IMG/VR virus record: IMGVR_UViG_3300043036_000015
Coordinates: 1 to 37,951 of that record
Length of the DNA: 37,951 bases
Strand: one strand, 5' to 3'
Origin: a virus
The translations under genes were made by a program, and so were the position numbers. Numbering within the stretch: the stretch's first letter is position 1; the number at the start of each line of letters is the position of its first letter. Below, in pieces: positions 23,890 to 33,703 of this stretch. The notes under the pieces are model-generated. The model was given only the letters and a program-made list of their open reading frames with translations. It was not told the origin of the DNA and ran no database searches.

Positions 23890-24273
23890 TTAAGGGTACA
23901 CGCTACGGTGTAGTTCAAAGTGAGGACCATCTTTGAAGGATTGCCAATCACCGCCCCAGACAATATCAATACCTAGCTCTTTGGCTACTTTCTTGATATG
24001 GTCTGCTGCTGTTTGGTAGTACTTAAAGTCCCATGTGACCTTGCCATCAACCAGAACAGCAATATCAATAGCTTTACCTGTGATATGTCTGCTGTTCATA
24101 GTCTGAGACTTACCCGCATCAAAGAGTTCCTTCTGGCGCTCCTTGGTGCGTAAGCCTTCGGTGATGGAGAAGTCCAAAGGAGACTCTTTGATAGCCTCTT
24201 CAATGACCTTTACCAGATCGGGATGAACTCCTGTGAGCCTGTCCTTGCTTCGTTGTCCTAATGCGAATGTCAT
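23890..24273 (-). CDS. Endolysin, peptidase M15 (L-alanyl-D-glutamate peptidase / VanY-like)
   Basis: 127 aa with zinc-ligand context SRHITGKAIDI and DGPHFEL. Size and layout resemble the T5-type endolysin. Confidence 0.85.
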   Translation of the reverse strand: MTFALGQRSKDRLTGVHPDLVKVIEEAIKESPLDFSITEGLRTKERQKELFDAGKSQTMNSRHITGKAIDIAVLVDGKVTWDFKYYQTAADHIKKVAKELGIDIVWGGDWQSFKDGPHFELHRSVYP

Positions 24274-24276
24274 TGT

Positions 24277-26850
24277 TTACTCCTGCATTTCTGGTGCTGC
24301 TGTTTGTTCACGTTCAACGATACGGGCCGGAGCAGATGCACCGATCAAAGCTGCAACCGCCCAGCTCGCTGCCAGCTTCTTGCCACTTTGTTTCAGCTTA
24401 TCCACAAAAGCATTACCGCCTGTTTCCATAGCTTTAATCGCATCCGACATATCTTTGACATTCTTAGGATCAGATAAGAATTCCTGAATCTCAGTGTTCT
24501 CAGACTTAACAGATTTATTCTGCAAGAACTTACTCAAAAGAGTAGAGACTTTATAGAATGTACTCTGTACTTGCTGACGAAGTAACGAGGCTGCTCGTGC
24601 AGGATCAGAACCTGTCAACTGTTCAAACTGAGTTGTCTGAGACAAGGACTGGTTAATCTTAGTCATCACGGGATTCTTAGCCAGTCGATCGGATGCTTCC
24701 AAAAGAGCCTTCACGTTCTGGGCGTGATCCTTACCAAACAAGGTATTGATAGCCGCAGCGTTGTCGTCAAAGAAGCCTAACTTGTTAGATGACTTTAAGC
24801 CCAAATCCATCACAACAGCTTTTAAACCACGCTGCAATGTTGGATCAGTACCTGCTGTCAACATCAGTTGCTTCAGCTCTTCAGGGTTACTTAAAGCTCT
24901 ATTTACAAAGCCTTCAAAACCACCTTGCTGACCATAAGCTCGTGACCAGATGTTCTCAATCTTACCAATAGCTGCATTCTTCTGCATGTCCAACAAGCGT
25001 TCACGATTAGCCAGTAAGCCATCCACATTTTCAGACAAGCCTTCAAGCTTTTGACGCAAGCCGGGAACCTGATCAATAGCTTCCTGATTCTTACGCACAA
25101 AAGATTGCAAAGCAGCAGGATTAACAGACATCGTATTAGGATTAACAATACCATTGGTCTGACTGATCTTCATCAAGAAAGCATCCTCAACAATCTGCAC
25201 AGCTTCAGGAGAGTTGTCAGTAGCTGCCAAGATCTGTCGAATAGCTGAAGGCTTACTTGTCAACATAGGGACAGTAGACTCAACAAACCGAGCACGATCA
25301 ACAGAAACAACACCCGCTTCACTGAAGGGGATACCTAACTTTTCAGCATACTGTTTGTCCAAGCCTTTGTAAGAACTAACAAAGTCTTCAGGCAAAGTAG
25401 CCAAAGATTCATCAAACTTATCCTTCAAAGCGTATAACATACGCAACTGATCTTTATCCTGAGTGTCGCCGATAGCTCGGTTAATACCACGCTTAAGAGA
25501 ATCAATATCTGTTACACTCATTGGCTTGAATGTGCCTTCAACTGACTTAACTAAGTTAGGATACTTAGCAGCAAATGCACTACTCACAGTAGCTTTTGTA
25601 GGTGCTAGTACTTTCTTAATAGCTGCGTCCAAAGCAGGAAACTTATTAAAGACATCCTCAGCTTGGCGTTGCTTAGTGAAGTTCCAGAGACTAGCCACTA
25701 CAGGAGAGTCCATTTCGATACCTGACTTAGAAGCCCCATCCAAGACTTCTTTGTACAAAGGCCTGAACTCTTCTCGAATAACAGCTTCACGGGCATTGAG
25801 TAAATTAGTAACACGATTACCAATATCCTCTTTACCTGCTGTAGTCATTAAAGAATCAGAAGTAAGGTCTTGGATACGAGTATTGATTTGACCAACTTGA
25901 CGGTCAATGTTCGCTTGCTTCATCGCGTAAGCAGTCTCACGGCGAGAGTTTTCGTAAGCCAGTTTCTTAGCTTCCACTTCAGCAGTCAAGGCTGCATTAC
26001 GTGGATCACCTGCCAACTGTTTCTGAGCCGCCTTAACAGCCTCAAGTGCATCCTTCTCTTGTTGCTTGATAGCAGCAGTAAACGCTGCATTCTCGCTACG
26101 GGAAGTTTGAGAAGCTAACATGCCTGTAAGTGTAGTGTCTCCTTTGGAGGCAGCAGGCACAGGGAGCTTTACACCTGTAAGCTGTTCAATCTCAGCAGCA
26201 CGGGCAAGATCAGCAGTCAAGTCAGGGTTTGCTTCGATAGCACTACGAAGTCTAGCTTCAGCGCGAGCACCACCTACAACCTCAGCAGCTCTCACGCCTG
26301 AATCAAACAGACCACGACCTGAGGCTTTGTTGACTACTCCTCGGACACCTGCCTCTACAGCGTTCATAGCTGTGTTAGCAGGTAAAGCCAAAGCCAAACC
26401 AGCACCCATTTCAGCAGGGATTCGATATTCTTCGCCAGCCTTCTCCGCGACTGCTTGGCCTACTTCTCCAGCAGCTACTGTAGTACCTGCGCTCAAGGCT
26501 GTCTGCCTAGCTAAGTCTGTCCCTGTTTTAGGGATAAACAAATTAGCAGCAGCTTGACCGTAAGGGGCAAACCGAGTACCCGCTGTAGCTGTCTGAACAC
26601 CTCTTGCTAATAAACCGATACCCGGAATAGCAGCAGCACCAGCTAACGCATTGTTAATCATTCGTTGCTGTGCGTTAGGAGGGGCTTGAGTAGGAGCTAC
26701 GGTAGGGTCACCGCCTGTAGGAATAGCCGAAGGGCCTGTCATAGGCCGTTGAGTAGCACCACCCATGTCGGCAGCAATTTCATCAATCTCTGCTTCTGAC
26801 AATTCCCGCTCTGTACGGATTCTATTACCATTGATGGTGTACGTTGGCAT
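24277..26850 (-). CDS. Large internal virion / ejection-type protein (gp16 position)
   Basis: 857 aa and the largest virion gene. It lies upstream of the lysis genes and after two other A/Q-rich proteins. The call rests on position and composition only. Confidence 0.45.
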   Translation of the reverse strand: MPTYTINGNRIRTERELSEAEIDEIAADMGGATQRPMTGPSAIPTGGDPTVAPTQAPPNAQQRMINNALAGAAAIPGIGLLARGVQTATAGTRFAPYGQAAANLFIPKTGTDLARQTALSAGTTVAAGEVGQAVAEKAGEEYRIPAEMGAGLALALPANTAMNAVEAGVRGVVNKASGRGLFDSGVRAAEVVGGARAEARLRSAIEANPDLTADLARAAEIEQLTGVKLPVPAASKGDTTLTGMLASQTSRSENAAFTAAIKQQEKDALEAVKAAQKQLAGDPRNAALTAEVEAKKLAYENSRRETAYAMKQANIDRQVGQINTRIQDLTSDSLMTTAGKEDIGNRVTNLLNAREAVIREEFRPLYKEVLDGASKSGIEMDSPVVASLWNFTKQRQAEDVFNKFPALDAAIKKVLAPTKATVSSAFAAKYPNLVKSVEGTFKPMSVTDIDSLKRGINRAIGDTQDKDQLRMLYALKDKFDESLATLPEDFVSSYKGLDKQYAEKLGIPFSEAGVVSVDRARFVESTVPMLTSKPSAIRQILAATDNSPEAVQIVEDAFLMKISQTNGIVNPNTMSVNPAALQSFVRKNQEAIDQVPGLRQKLEGLSENVDGLLANRERLLDMQKNAAIGKIENIWSRAYGQQGGFEGFVNRALSNPEELKQLMLTAGTDPTLQRGLKAVVMDLGLKSSNKLGFFDDNAAAINTLFGKDHAQNVKALLEASDRLAKNPVMTKINQSLSQTTQFEQLTGSDPARAASLLRQQVQSTFYKVSTLLSKFLQNKSVKSENTEIQEFLSDPKNVKDMSDAIKAMETGGNAFVDKLKQSGKKLAASWAVAALIGASAPARIVEREQTAAPEMQE

Positions 26851-28085
26851 TAATTATTCTCCACTGTATATTTAACCCCACTACGGGTAGTTTTAGTAGT
26901 TCCTTTAGCAGTACCTGCTGCTTCTTTAGGTCGGCGGCGAAACACTGTTTCAATCTGAGGCTCAGTAAACTGACCACTAACGCGAGCAGTAGCTTGCAGT
27001 TGTTGTTCTTCAATAGAGATACGAGATTCAGCCTTCTTCTGGATAGCTTGAGCCAACTGACGCAACTTAGTTAGTGTATCTACTGTTGGACGACTCTGCG
27101 CTAAACGAGAAATAGTATCTGACACACTACCAACCAAGGAAGGATCAATACCAAAAGCCTCTACGTCATTACGCGACAGTTGGGTTTCTCCTGCTGCTTT
27201 AGCCAAACTACGAGACAGACTAGACACGGCAGCAAAGTTATTACTCTTGATAGCCATGTTAGCTAAATCAATAGCATCATTAGCGGCATCTGCTTGGTCT
27301 TGATAAGGTTTAGTAAGAGCTTGCAAGTCTCGGCGTAACCCCGTCACATCACCTGCTGTTTTAACCCCCGGCAATACCACATCAGTTTTACCTGCTTTCC
27401 TAGAAGCAAGATCACGTCTTTCAACTTCTTTATCAACTTCTGCTGCTTCAGTTTGAGTCAACTTATCGTAAGTCTTGTTGTACTTGGCTTTAGAAATACG
27501 CTCTGTCTCAGCGCCATAGGAAGGCCCTTTGTCAACAGGAGTAACAGGAAGCAAGGCAGTTAATTCATCCTCTAACAGTTTAGTTGTTTGAGTGTCTCCT
27601 GCTGCTTTATAGGCAGGAATAGCTGCTTTAATCGCTGCAATGCGCTGTGCTTTAGCAATATCAGCAGGAGTAGAGGCAGCTTTCTGCTCGGCAGTATTCT
27701 TAGTGATCTCAGATTCAGTCTTACGGGCGGCGAGTGCAGCAGCTTCTAAAGTTTGAGATTTAGCATAAGCTTCCTGAGCACCTTGAATATCGCCTGCCTG
27801 CATTAACTGAGAACCAAGATCGCTCCAGCCCTTAGCATTAGTAGGTTGAGCTTGTTGTAATAACGATTGACGTTGTGTGATTCGTTGTAACTCAGGATCT
27901 TGAGCACCGAGCATACCGCCGATAGCACCGCCAAGCCTGTTAGCGCCTGAGTAAATACCTGCGGTAGCACGTTGGAAAGGATCTAACTGAGCATACTGCA
28001 AAGCCTGTTGCTGCAAAGCTGCATCACGCCGTGCTTGAAGGGATTCTGGAGTGATCCCAAATAAACTATTAACTACTTCAGCCAT
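26850..28085 (-). CDS. Internal virion protein, coiled-coil rich (gp15 position)
   Basis: 411 aa with A/Q/E/K-rich helical composition. Its stop overlaps the next ATG. Confidence 0.45.
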   Translation of the reverse strand: MAEVVNSLFGITPESLQARRDAALQQQALQYAQLDPFQRATAGIYSGANRLGGAIGGMLGAQDPELQRITQRQSLLQQAQPTNAKGWSDLGSQLMQAGDIQGAQEAYAKSQTLEAAALAARKTESEITKNTAEQKAASTPADIAKAQRIAAIKAAIPAYKAAGDTQTTKLLEDELTALLPVTPVDKGPSYGAETERISKAKYNKTYDKLTQTEAAEVDKEVERRDLASRKAGKTDVVLPGVKTAGDVTGLRRDLQALTKPYQDQADAANDAIDLANMAIKSNNFAAVSSLSRSLAKAAGETQLSRNDVEAFGIDPSLVGSVSDTISRLAQSRPTVDTLTKLRQLAQAIQKKAESRISIEEQQLQATARVSGQFTEPQIETVFRRRPKEAAGTAKGTTKTTRSGVKYTVENN

Positions 28086-28095
28086 GTTAAATCCT

Positions 28096-29271
28096 TTAAA
28101 TAACTGGAGTGAAACCAGAACCGTCCCAGACCATTGAATTACCTGCTGCTGTTCCTGCTGAACCGTAGCCTATTGCTGAAGGCTGGCCTCCAAACAAATT
28201 AGACAACCCTTGAGTAAACTGTTGATTGTTAGCAAGACCACTTATGGCAGTACCAAAAGGACTGTAAGCATTGGCTGTCTGCATTGTACGAGCAGCGTTA
28301 GTACCGCCTTGTAACAATGTGTTACCAACCTGAGCACCTGCTTGAGCAGCACGTCCACCCAACTGAGCACCTAAGTCCAGAGGACCTTGACCAGATTGTT
28401 CCAAGGTACTAGCCAAGCCAAACTGTGTCTTAAACGGATCATAACCTGCGCTGGCAAGGCCAAGACCACCTGAGAACAAACCACTACCCACTTGAATGTT
28501 CTTCAACAAGCGATTGTAAGCATCTGTATCAGCAGCAGTGCCTGTGGACAATGCAGTGCTGCCTAAGCTTGAACCCAAGCGAATATCCTCAGCCAAGTTA
28601 GTACGAGCTTGTTGTTGTGCGTTAGCAGCCAACTGAGCATCTTGCTGTGCAATGGCGTTGAAGTAAGCCTGTTGTTCAGGATTAGCTGCACCCATCATAC
28701 CGCCTTGAGCGACTGCAACACCGCCACGACCTGTGTTAAACAAGTTCTGTGTCAGACTTGCTGCTGCACGGTCACGGCTAGGCTGCAAGAGAGCCTGTTG
28801 CTGTTGCATGTACTCCTGAGCAGCGGCATTGGTATCATACGACTGAGGAAGAACTTGCTCAGACAAGCCACGTAAACGGTTAGCGTATGCTATAGCGTTA
28901 GGGTCAGCTTGGTACTGAGTTGATTGAGGTAAGAACTGTTGACCTAAGTTAAACAGACTTTGACCTTGATTAAGACCTTGTGTACCAAAGCCCATGCCTT
29001 GACCGAAGGCTTGAGACAAGAACTGATCACGGGCAGCGGCAACGTCAGGAGTTACGTTGTAGCCTGCGCCTGTCAAGTTACCTTGCTCGTCTGTGGTAAA
29101 GTTAGAAGAACCGAACCGAGAGGTAATACCTACGGGACGGAATCGTTGAGCGTCAGCAGCAATACGTGCTGCTTCCGTTTGAGCATTGGCAGATGTTCTG
29201 GCTGCGCTTGAAGCTGCATCACCTTGTATGACACCTCCGAGTAGCGCCGCTCCTGCTGCAATCCATGGCAT
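28096..29271 (-). CDS. Internal virion protein, G/A/Q-rich (gp14 position)
   Basis: 391 aa with a hydrophobic N-terminus and low-complexity Q/A/G composition. Confidence 0.4.
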   Translation of the reverse strand: MPWIAAGAALLGGVIQGDAASSAARTSANAQTEAARIAADAQRFRPVGITSRFGSSNFTTDEQGNLTGAGYNVTPDVAAARDQFLSQAFGQGMGFGTQGLNQGQSLFNLGQQFLPQSTQYQADPNAIAYANRLRGLSEQVLPQSYDTNAAAQEYMQQQQALLQPSRDRAAASLTQNLFNTGRGGVAVAQGGMMGAANPEQQAYFNAIAQQDAQLAANAQQQARTNLAEDIRLGSSLGSTALSTGTAADTDAYNRLLKNIQVGSGLFSGGLGLASAGYDPFKTQFGLASTLEQSGQGPLDLGAQLGGRAAQAGAQVGNTLLQGGTNAARTMQTANAYSPFGTAISGLANNQQFTQGLSNLFGGQPSAIGYGSAGTAAGNSMVWDGSGFTPVI

Positions 29272-29272
29272 A

Positions 29273-29581
29273 TTAAGCCTCCACTTTCTGTTTAATTAAA
29301 ACTTGATCTACTTTATTCACGTCAGTTTCCTCAGTTTGGTGTATACAGAACCACACAGAATCTTCTAAGGCTAAGATAGTATGGTTTAAGTCTTTAACAA
29401 TGTTAATACAAGCAGGGGCTGTATATGTCTCTACTTTATCATTATCAAACAATACCTTAACCTTACCTTGAGCTAAGATACTCAAGTGGTCATAGTTGTG
29501 TTTGTGTTGGCAAGCAATAGAACCCTTAGGGATAAACATTTGCTTGGCGTATAAGCCTTCGCTAAAATAGTGCTCAATCAT
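29273..29581 (-). CDS. Small cupin-like protein
   Basis: 102 aa. CQHKHNYDHLSILAQGKV...INIVKDLNHTILAL has the two-His-motif spacing of a single-domain cupin. Confidence 0.45.
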   Translation of the reverse strand: MIEHYFSEGLYAKQMFIPKGSIACQHKHNYDHLSILAQGKVKVLFDNDKVETYTAPACINIVKDLNHTILALEDSVWFCIHQTEETDVNKVDQVLIKQKVEA

Positions 29582-29784
29582 TCTACGTAATCGGCAATCG
29601 GGCCATACTGTCCTGAGACAAGGGCTGCAAAGATTGCCCTACCATGTGCCTCTACATCATTCTGGCTTGCTGTAAACGGTAAGATTTCAGCGCCAAATTG
29701 ACTGGTAGTGATCTCGCAATCAATCGCTGTTTTGCCAGTGTTTGACCAACGTGGGTTTGAAACGGAGGTGAGGATCGTTTGCAT
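29578..29784 (-). CDS. Small protein downstream of the second fibre gene (possible assembly factor)
   Basis: 68-aa ORF with an ATGA overlap to the next gene. Only its position supports the call. Confidence 0.45.
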   Translation of the reverse strand: MQTILTSVSNPRWSNTGKTAIDCEITTSQFGAEILPFTASQNDVEAHGRAIFAALVSGQYGPIADYVE

Positions 29785-29794
29785 GTTTTTACCT

Positions 29795-30670
29795 TTAAGA
29801 AATTCTAAGGAACAAAGTCATCATGAAGCCATCGGCTGTGTTGGTTGTGCCTTCGTTCAAGTAGCCTGTATTACCCATCATTCTCCAAGTTCCAGAAGGA
29901 GTCTCTGAGTTACTACCCTCGTTAACTTGATCGTTGTTGGAGTACGCATTGGAATAACGCAAGTCAGAACCAGAGACAGTCGTTCCTGCCGATGAAGACG
30001 CCTTATTGCTGACACGTGCCAAAAATGCGTATGTACCAACTGCGCCAACTGAAGCACCTGCCGTGGCGTTCAAAACCTGCGCTGTTGTGATTGTGGTCAC
30101 AGTGCTTGCATTTGTAGCATTAGTGGCATTCGTGGCGTTAGTTGCATTTGTCGCTGTAGCTGCGTTGCCTGTTACGTTAATGGCCCAAGTACCTGTAGCA
30201 CCTGTACCACTCTTTGTAGGGTAAGCCGCAGCAGCCGCTGTAGCAGCCGCCGAAGTAGCTGTAGTAATTGCTGCCGTATCCGCTGCTGTAACAAATGCTG
30301 TGGTTGCTATTTGAGTGGTATTAGTACCTGACGAAGCTGTAGGAGCCGTAGGAGTACCTGCTAAAGAAGGACTTGTTAAAGTCTTGTTTGTCAGTGTTGC
30401 AGTAGCACTTCTTTCATCCACTACAGCAGTAGCCACAAAAGCCGTGGTAGCAAGCTGAGTAGTGTTAGTTCCTGCTGACGCTGTAGGTGCTGTAGGAGTG
30501 CCGATAAGAGCAGGACTATTTAAGTCTGCCTTGGTAACAACGGCTGTAGCAATGTTGTTAAACTCGGTATCAATCTCCGTACCTTTAACAATCTTTAAAG
30601 AGTTGCCAGAAGACAAGGAGTCTTTACTGGCAAAGTTAGTTGATTTGGTGTAATCGCTCATATTATACAA
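29795..30670 (-). CDS. Tail fibre-like protein 2
   Basis: 291 aa. The motif GTPTAPTAS.GTNTTQ(L/I)ATTAFV occurs twice, there is an (ATN)5-6 run, and the C-terminus reads GTWRMMG...TLFLRIS. Confidence 0.7.
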   Translation of the reverse strand: MYNMSDYTKSTNFASKDSLSSGNSLKIVKGTEIDTEFNNIATAVVTKADLNSPALIGTPTAPTASAGTNTTQLATTAFVATAVVDERSATATLTNKTLTSPSLAGTPTAPTASSGTNTTQIATTAFVTAADTAAITTATSAAATAAAAAYPTKSGTGATGTWAINVTGNAATATNATNATNATNATNASTVTTITTAQVLNATAGASVGAVGTYAFLARVSNKASSSAGTTVSGSDLRYSNAYSNNDQVNEGSNSETPSGTWRMMGNTGYLNEGTTNTADGFMMTLFLRIS

Positions 30671-32219
30671 TCTTCCCGTTCTTTGCCAAGATTTCGATCT
30701 TCTGGATACTCAAAGGAGAACCATCAATATCTGCTTCATAGCCTGTTTGAATTACCTTACCTGCACCTGTTGGATAGGCAGTAAGAGTCTGCAACGAAAT
30801 ACCATCAGAGTATTCAACCCCAACAGTATTATACTCTGAAATACCGAATTCTGCAACCCCTTGGGAAGGAATTTTAGTGTTTTGTGAATAATAATTTTCC
30901 TTGAAGTCGTAGCCCCACTTAATTGTCACAAACTGGTTACTACCACCAATGACAACAAGGGAGAGTTTCTTCAAGACAGAAGTAACGGCAGGTTGACCAA
31001 AATCGGTATGATTGGTAAAGTAAACCATACGATACTTAACACCGTTGTCTTGATGCCCTTCATACTTACCAATGTATCCGTTTTTACCGATCAGTAAGCT
31101 TCTATTTCGCAAGTAGCAAAAGCTTTTAGGCTCAAGGCTATCCCAAGTAGTTACCCTGCTAGAGCCATCCTGTAATGTGGCTTTAAGATCAAAGCAATAC
31201 ACTGTTTTAAGGGTAGGGAAAGTAAGTAAGTAGAAAGATTCAAAAGGACTGTACACAGACTTGAGAGTATTTAGTACTTCACCTGCAACTGCTGACATGA
31301 GGTCATTACGTACATTCTTAGACAAGTCACGGAAAGGCGCTGACTTCTCTTGGATGGTACGCAGGACGCTACGAACACCTGTATCCGACAAGAAGATGAT
31401 GTCTGAGCCTGTATTCTGGATAGTGTCACGAGCAATACAACCGATGCCTGTTACAGAGTCAGAGATTTTAAATACACCTGCTGACAATACATCCTGAGCA
31501 CCCGCATATACCAAGATATTGTTTTTACCGAAGATGAATAAGAATCCGTTGTGGGAAGCAAGACCTGTAATGTTGTCTGCGCCGTTAGGCCACACAGAAG
31601 ATACATCAATAGAGCCAGTGGAGCCATTAGCCCACTTGTGACCAGAAAGAATATCTGACCAGTAAAGGACAGTCTTCTCAGTGGTTGTTTCGGCTACCCA
31701 CAAACGACCATAAGCAGATAAAACTATGTTACCTGAAGGCACTGTGCCTGTGTAGCCTGACTTCTCAGAGATTCGGCGGTAGGTTGTAGTACTTACAGCA
31801 GGATCAAACACCAGAGGATCGTGGCCTAATTGAAAGAGGTATAACACTTCGTTCAAAGCAGCCATTTGCCAGTTGCTGTCAGTAATCGTAGGAGCTGTGC
31901 CACCACCTCCGTATGTAAGCTGTGTGAGTGTATTTCCTGCCAGTTTAAACAACTTATTGTTGCCTGCTGTAATAGTGTATTCTTCACCGTTATCCACGAC
32001 CAACTGACCGATAGCTTTGACAGCAGCGGAACCTAAATCAGTGTTAGTTGTGTGTTGAGCTACCCACCCCTTACGAGCACCAATACGTCCGTACTGGTCG
32101 ATAACACAGTTGATAGCGTTAAGAGCAAAGCCTGAGGCTAAGTCTAACGAACTATCCTGAGTGTTCAATCCATAAAAGCCCGGAGCAGTAATGGAGAAGG
32201 TTTGCATTTGTTGTGCCAT
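30663..32219 (-). CDS. Tail tubular protein B / nozzle-like (gp12 position)
   Basis: 518-aa beta-rich protein immediately after the gp11-like gene. The assignment is mainly by synteny. Confidence 0.5.
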   Translation of the reverse strand: MAQQMQTFSITAPGFYGLNTQDSSLDLASGFALNAINCVIDQYGRIGARKGWVAQHTTNTDLGSAAVKAIGQLVVDNGEEYTITAGNNKLFKLAGNTLTQLTYGGGGTAPTITDSNWQMAALNEVLYLFQLGHDPLVFDPAVSTTTYRRISEKSGYTGTVPSGNIVLSAYGRLWVAETTTEKTVLYWSDILSGHKWANGSTGSIDVSSVWPNGADNITGLASHNGFLFIFGKNNILVYAGAQDVLSAGVFKISDSVTGIGCIARDTIQNTGSDIIFLSDTGVRSVLRTIQEKSAPFRDLSKNVRNDLMSAVAGEVLNTLKSVYSPFESFYLLTFPTLKTVYCFDLKATLQDGSSRVTTWDSLEPKSFCYLRNRSLLIGKNGYIGKYEGHQDNGVKYRMVYFTNHTDFGQPAVTSVLKKLSLVVIGGSNQFVTIKWGYDFKENYYSQNTKIPSQGVAEFGISEYNTVGVEYSDGISLQTLTAYPTGAGKVIQTGYEADIDGSPLSIQKIEILAKNGKIV

Positions 32220-32222
32220 AAC

Positions 32223-32876
32223 TTACACAGCCTCCCAAGCATCTTCCTCTACATAGCGAGAACTTTCAATAGCGATAGCGTCAGCCAAAGAAGACTTGTA
32301 CAGTGCATAGGCTTCAGAACTCTGTAAACCACCGTCTTCACCGCGCTCAACCAAGGCACGAGCAAAAGCACCTAAGACTACAGGCTCTTTAGGAGTAAGC
32401 AGTACATCGGCGTTGTTGACCAGTTCAGCTTGAGGAATGTACAGGTTAAAGTACAGTGTCAGGCTAGATTCAGGAATAGGGTAAAAGTCTACCTTTGTAT
32501 CACCAGTGCTGTGAACACCGTTAAAGTTGTAGTACATAGGCTTGGCTGCACGAGTGTCAGTGAGCAGTGCCTGAGACATCTTCTGTGTAGTCCAAGCCTG
32601 CAAGATAGACTTGTTTGTTACATCTTGAGCATCAATCACTTTAAAGCGAGTACCCGAACCTGTGAGCACGTAGCCGTAAGTATCAGCTTGTGTCTCAATG
32701 ATCAAGGTATCTGTTAAAGCATTCCACGAGTAAGCATCCTCTACTTGTCGCTTGGCATCATTAACCAACTTACCAACGAGCTTAGAGAGGATGTTCTCCT
32801 GAACAGTAGTTACTTCTGGTTCGCGCATACGAATCAGAATATCATTAACGAGGTCTAGGTAAGTTGGCAATGCCAT
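32223..32876 (-). CDS. Tail tubular protein A / adaptor (T7 gp11-like)
   Basis: 217 aa. The N-terminal LVNDILIRMREPEVTTV and AKRQVEDAYSWNAL parallel T7 gp11 VNDILASIGEPPVSTL and NRQIQSRGWTFN as I recall them. Confidence 0.6.
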   Translation of the reverse strand: MALPTYLDLVNDILIRMREPEVTTVQENILSKLVGKLVNDAKRQVEDAYSWNALTDTLIIETQADTYGYVLTGSGTRFKVIDAQDVTNKSILQAWTTQKMSQALLTDTRAAKPMYYNFNGVHSTGDTKVDFYPIPESSLTLYFNLYIPQAELVNNADVLLTPKEPVVLGAFARALVERGEDGGLQSSEAYALYKSSLADAIAIESSRYVEEDAWEAV

Positions 32877-32878
32877 GA

Positions 32879-33214
32879 TTAGATTCCTTCTTTCTTAAAT
32901 AATTCAAAGGTACATATAGTACTGAAAGAGCTACCTGCTTCGTCCTGCATCACTATGGTGTCACCTTCCTCCATAACCACATAAGCACCTCCATCCATGC
33001 GAACATAAGACTTAGAAGCAATAGTACCGTTATGCACATAGATGTCAGTTGATGCACTAGAGTCTCTCCAGTAAGCAGAAATGCTCTTGGTAGAGCCTGA
33101 ATTATTGAAGAGATACATCAGAGTCCATTTGGCGAAGTAGCCAAGAGGAACTGTGTAAATCGTGGTAGCCGTAGCCGCTGTGAGGTTAACACCTACCGAT
33201 ACAGGACGTGTCAT
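32879..33214 (-). CDS. Hypothetical virion-module protein
   Basis: 111-aa beta-rich ORF, tightly packed with its neighbours. Confidence 0.55.
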   Translation of the reverse strand: MTRPVSVGVNLTAATATTIYTVPLGYFAKWTLMYLFNNSGSTKSISAYWRDSSASTDIYVHNGTIASKSYVRMDGGAYVVMEEGDTIVMQDEAGSSFSTICTFELFKKEGI

Positions 33215-33387
33215 TTGGCTTTCTTCTTGTCTTTGTTCTTCTTGGTGCGCTCGCCGCGCTCTGGCTTCTCACGGCCTGCCTCAGACAGTGCGATAGCAAC
33301 TGCTTGCTTCTGAGGTTTGCCTTCTTTGACCATCATGGAGATATTCTCACTGACTGTCTTATCTGATTTACCTTTTTTAAGTGGCAT
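33211..33387 (-). CDS. Small basic protein (58 aa)
   Basis: Hand-translated: [58 protein letters not shown]. It has a strong AGGAG SD and an ATGA overlap downstream. Confidence 0.6.
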   Translation of the reverse strand: MPLKKGKSDKTVSENISMMVKEGKPQKQAVAIALSEAGREKPERGERTKKNKDKKKAK

Positions 33388-33400
33388 AATAATCTCCTAT

Positions 33401-33703
33401 TTACCAAGGTGTTCCTGCGGCAACCACAGGGTTCTTTTGCAAAGCAATGTTTTCAGCCAAAGCAGAATCTACGGCAGCAACGCCATCACCACCCAAAGAA
33501 GCCTTTACCCACTCAATAACAGCAGCTTCTGTCAGGTCAGCATAAGGCACATAGTTGATACCGTCTTCTTTGGTGAAGCTGGCTGTGCTGTATGTTGATG
33601 CAGTGAAGTCGCCATCAACTTGTGATGCGTTCCAATGCACTGTTTGTACGAAACCGTCAGTAGTTGAACGGTCCATTTGAGAGATGTTGAATGTGGTGGT
33701 CAT
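33401..33703 (-). CDS. Hypothetical protein downstream of the fibre gene
   Basis: 100-aa ORF with an ATGA overlap to the fibre stop. Confidence 0.55.
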   Translation of the reverse strand: MTTTFNISQMDRSTTDGFVQTVHWNASQVDGDFTASTYSTASFTKEDGINYVPYADLTEAAVIEWVKASLGGDGVAAVDSALAENIALQKNPVVAAGTPW

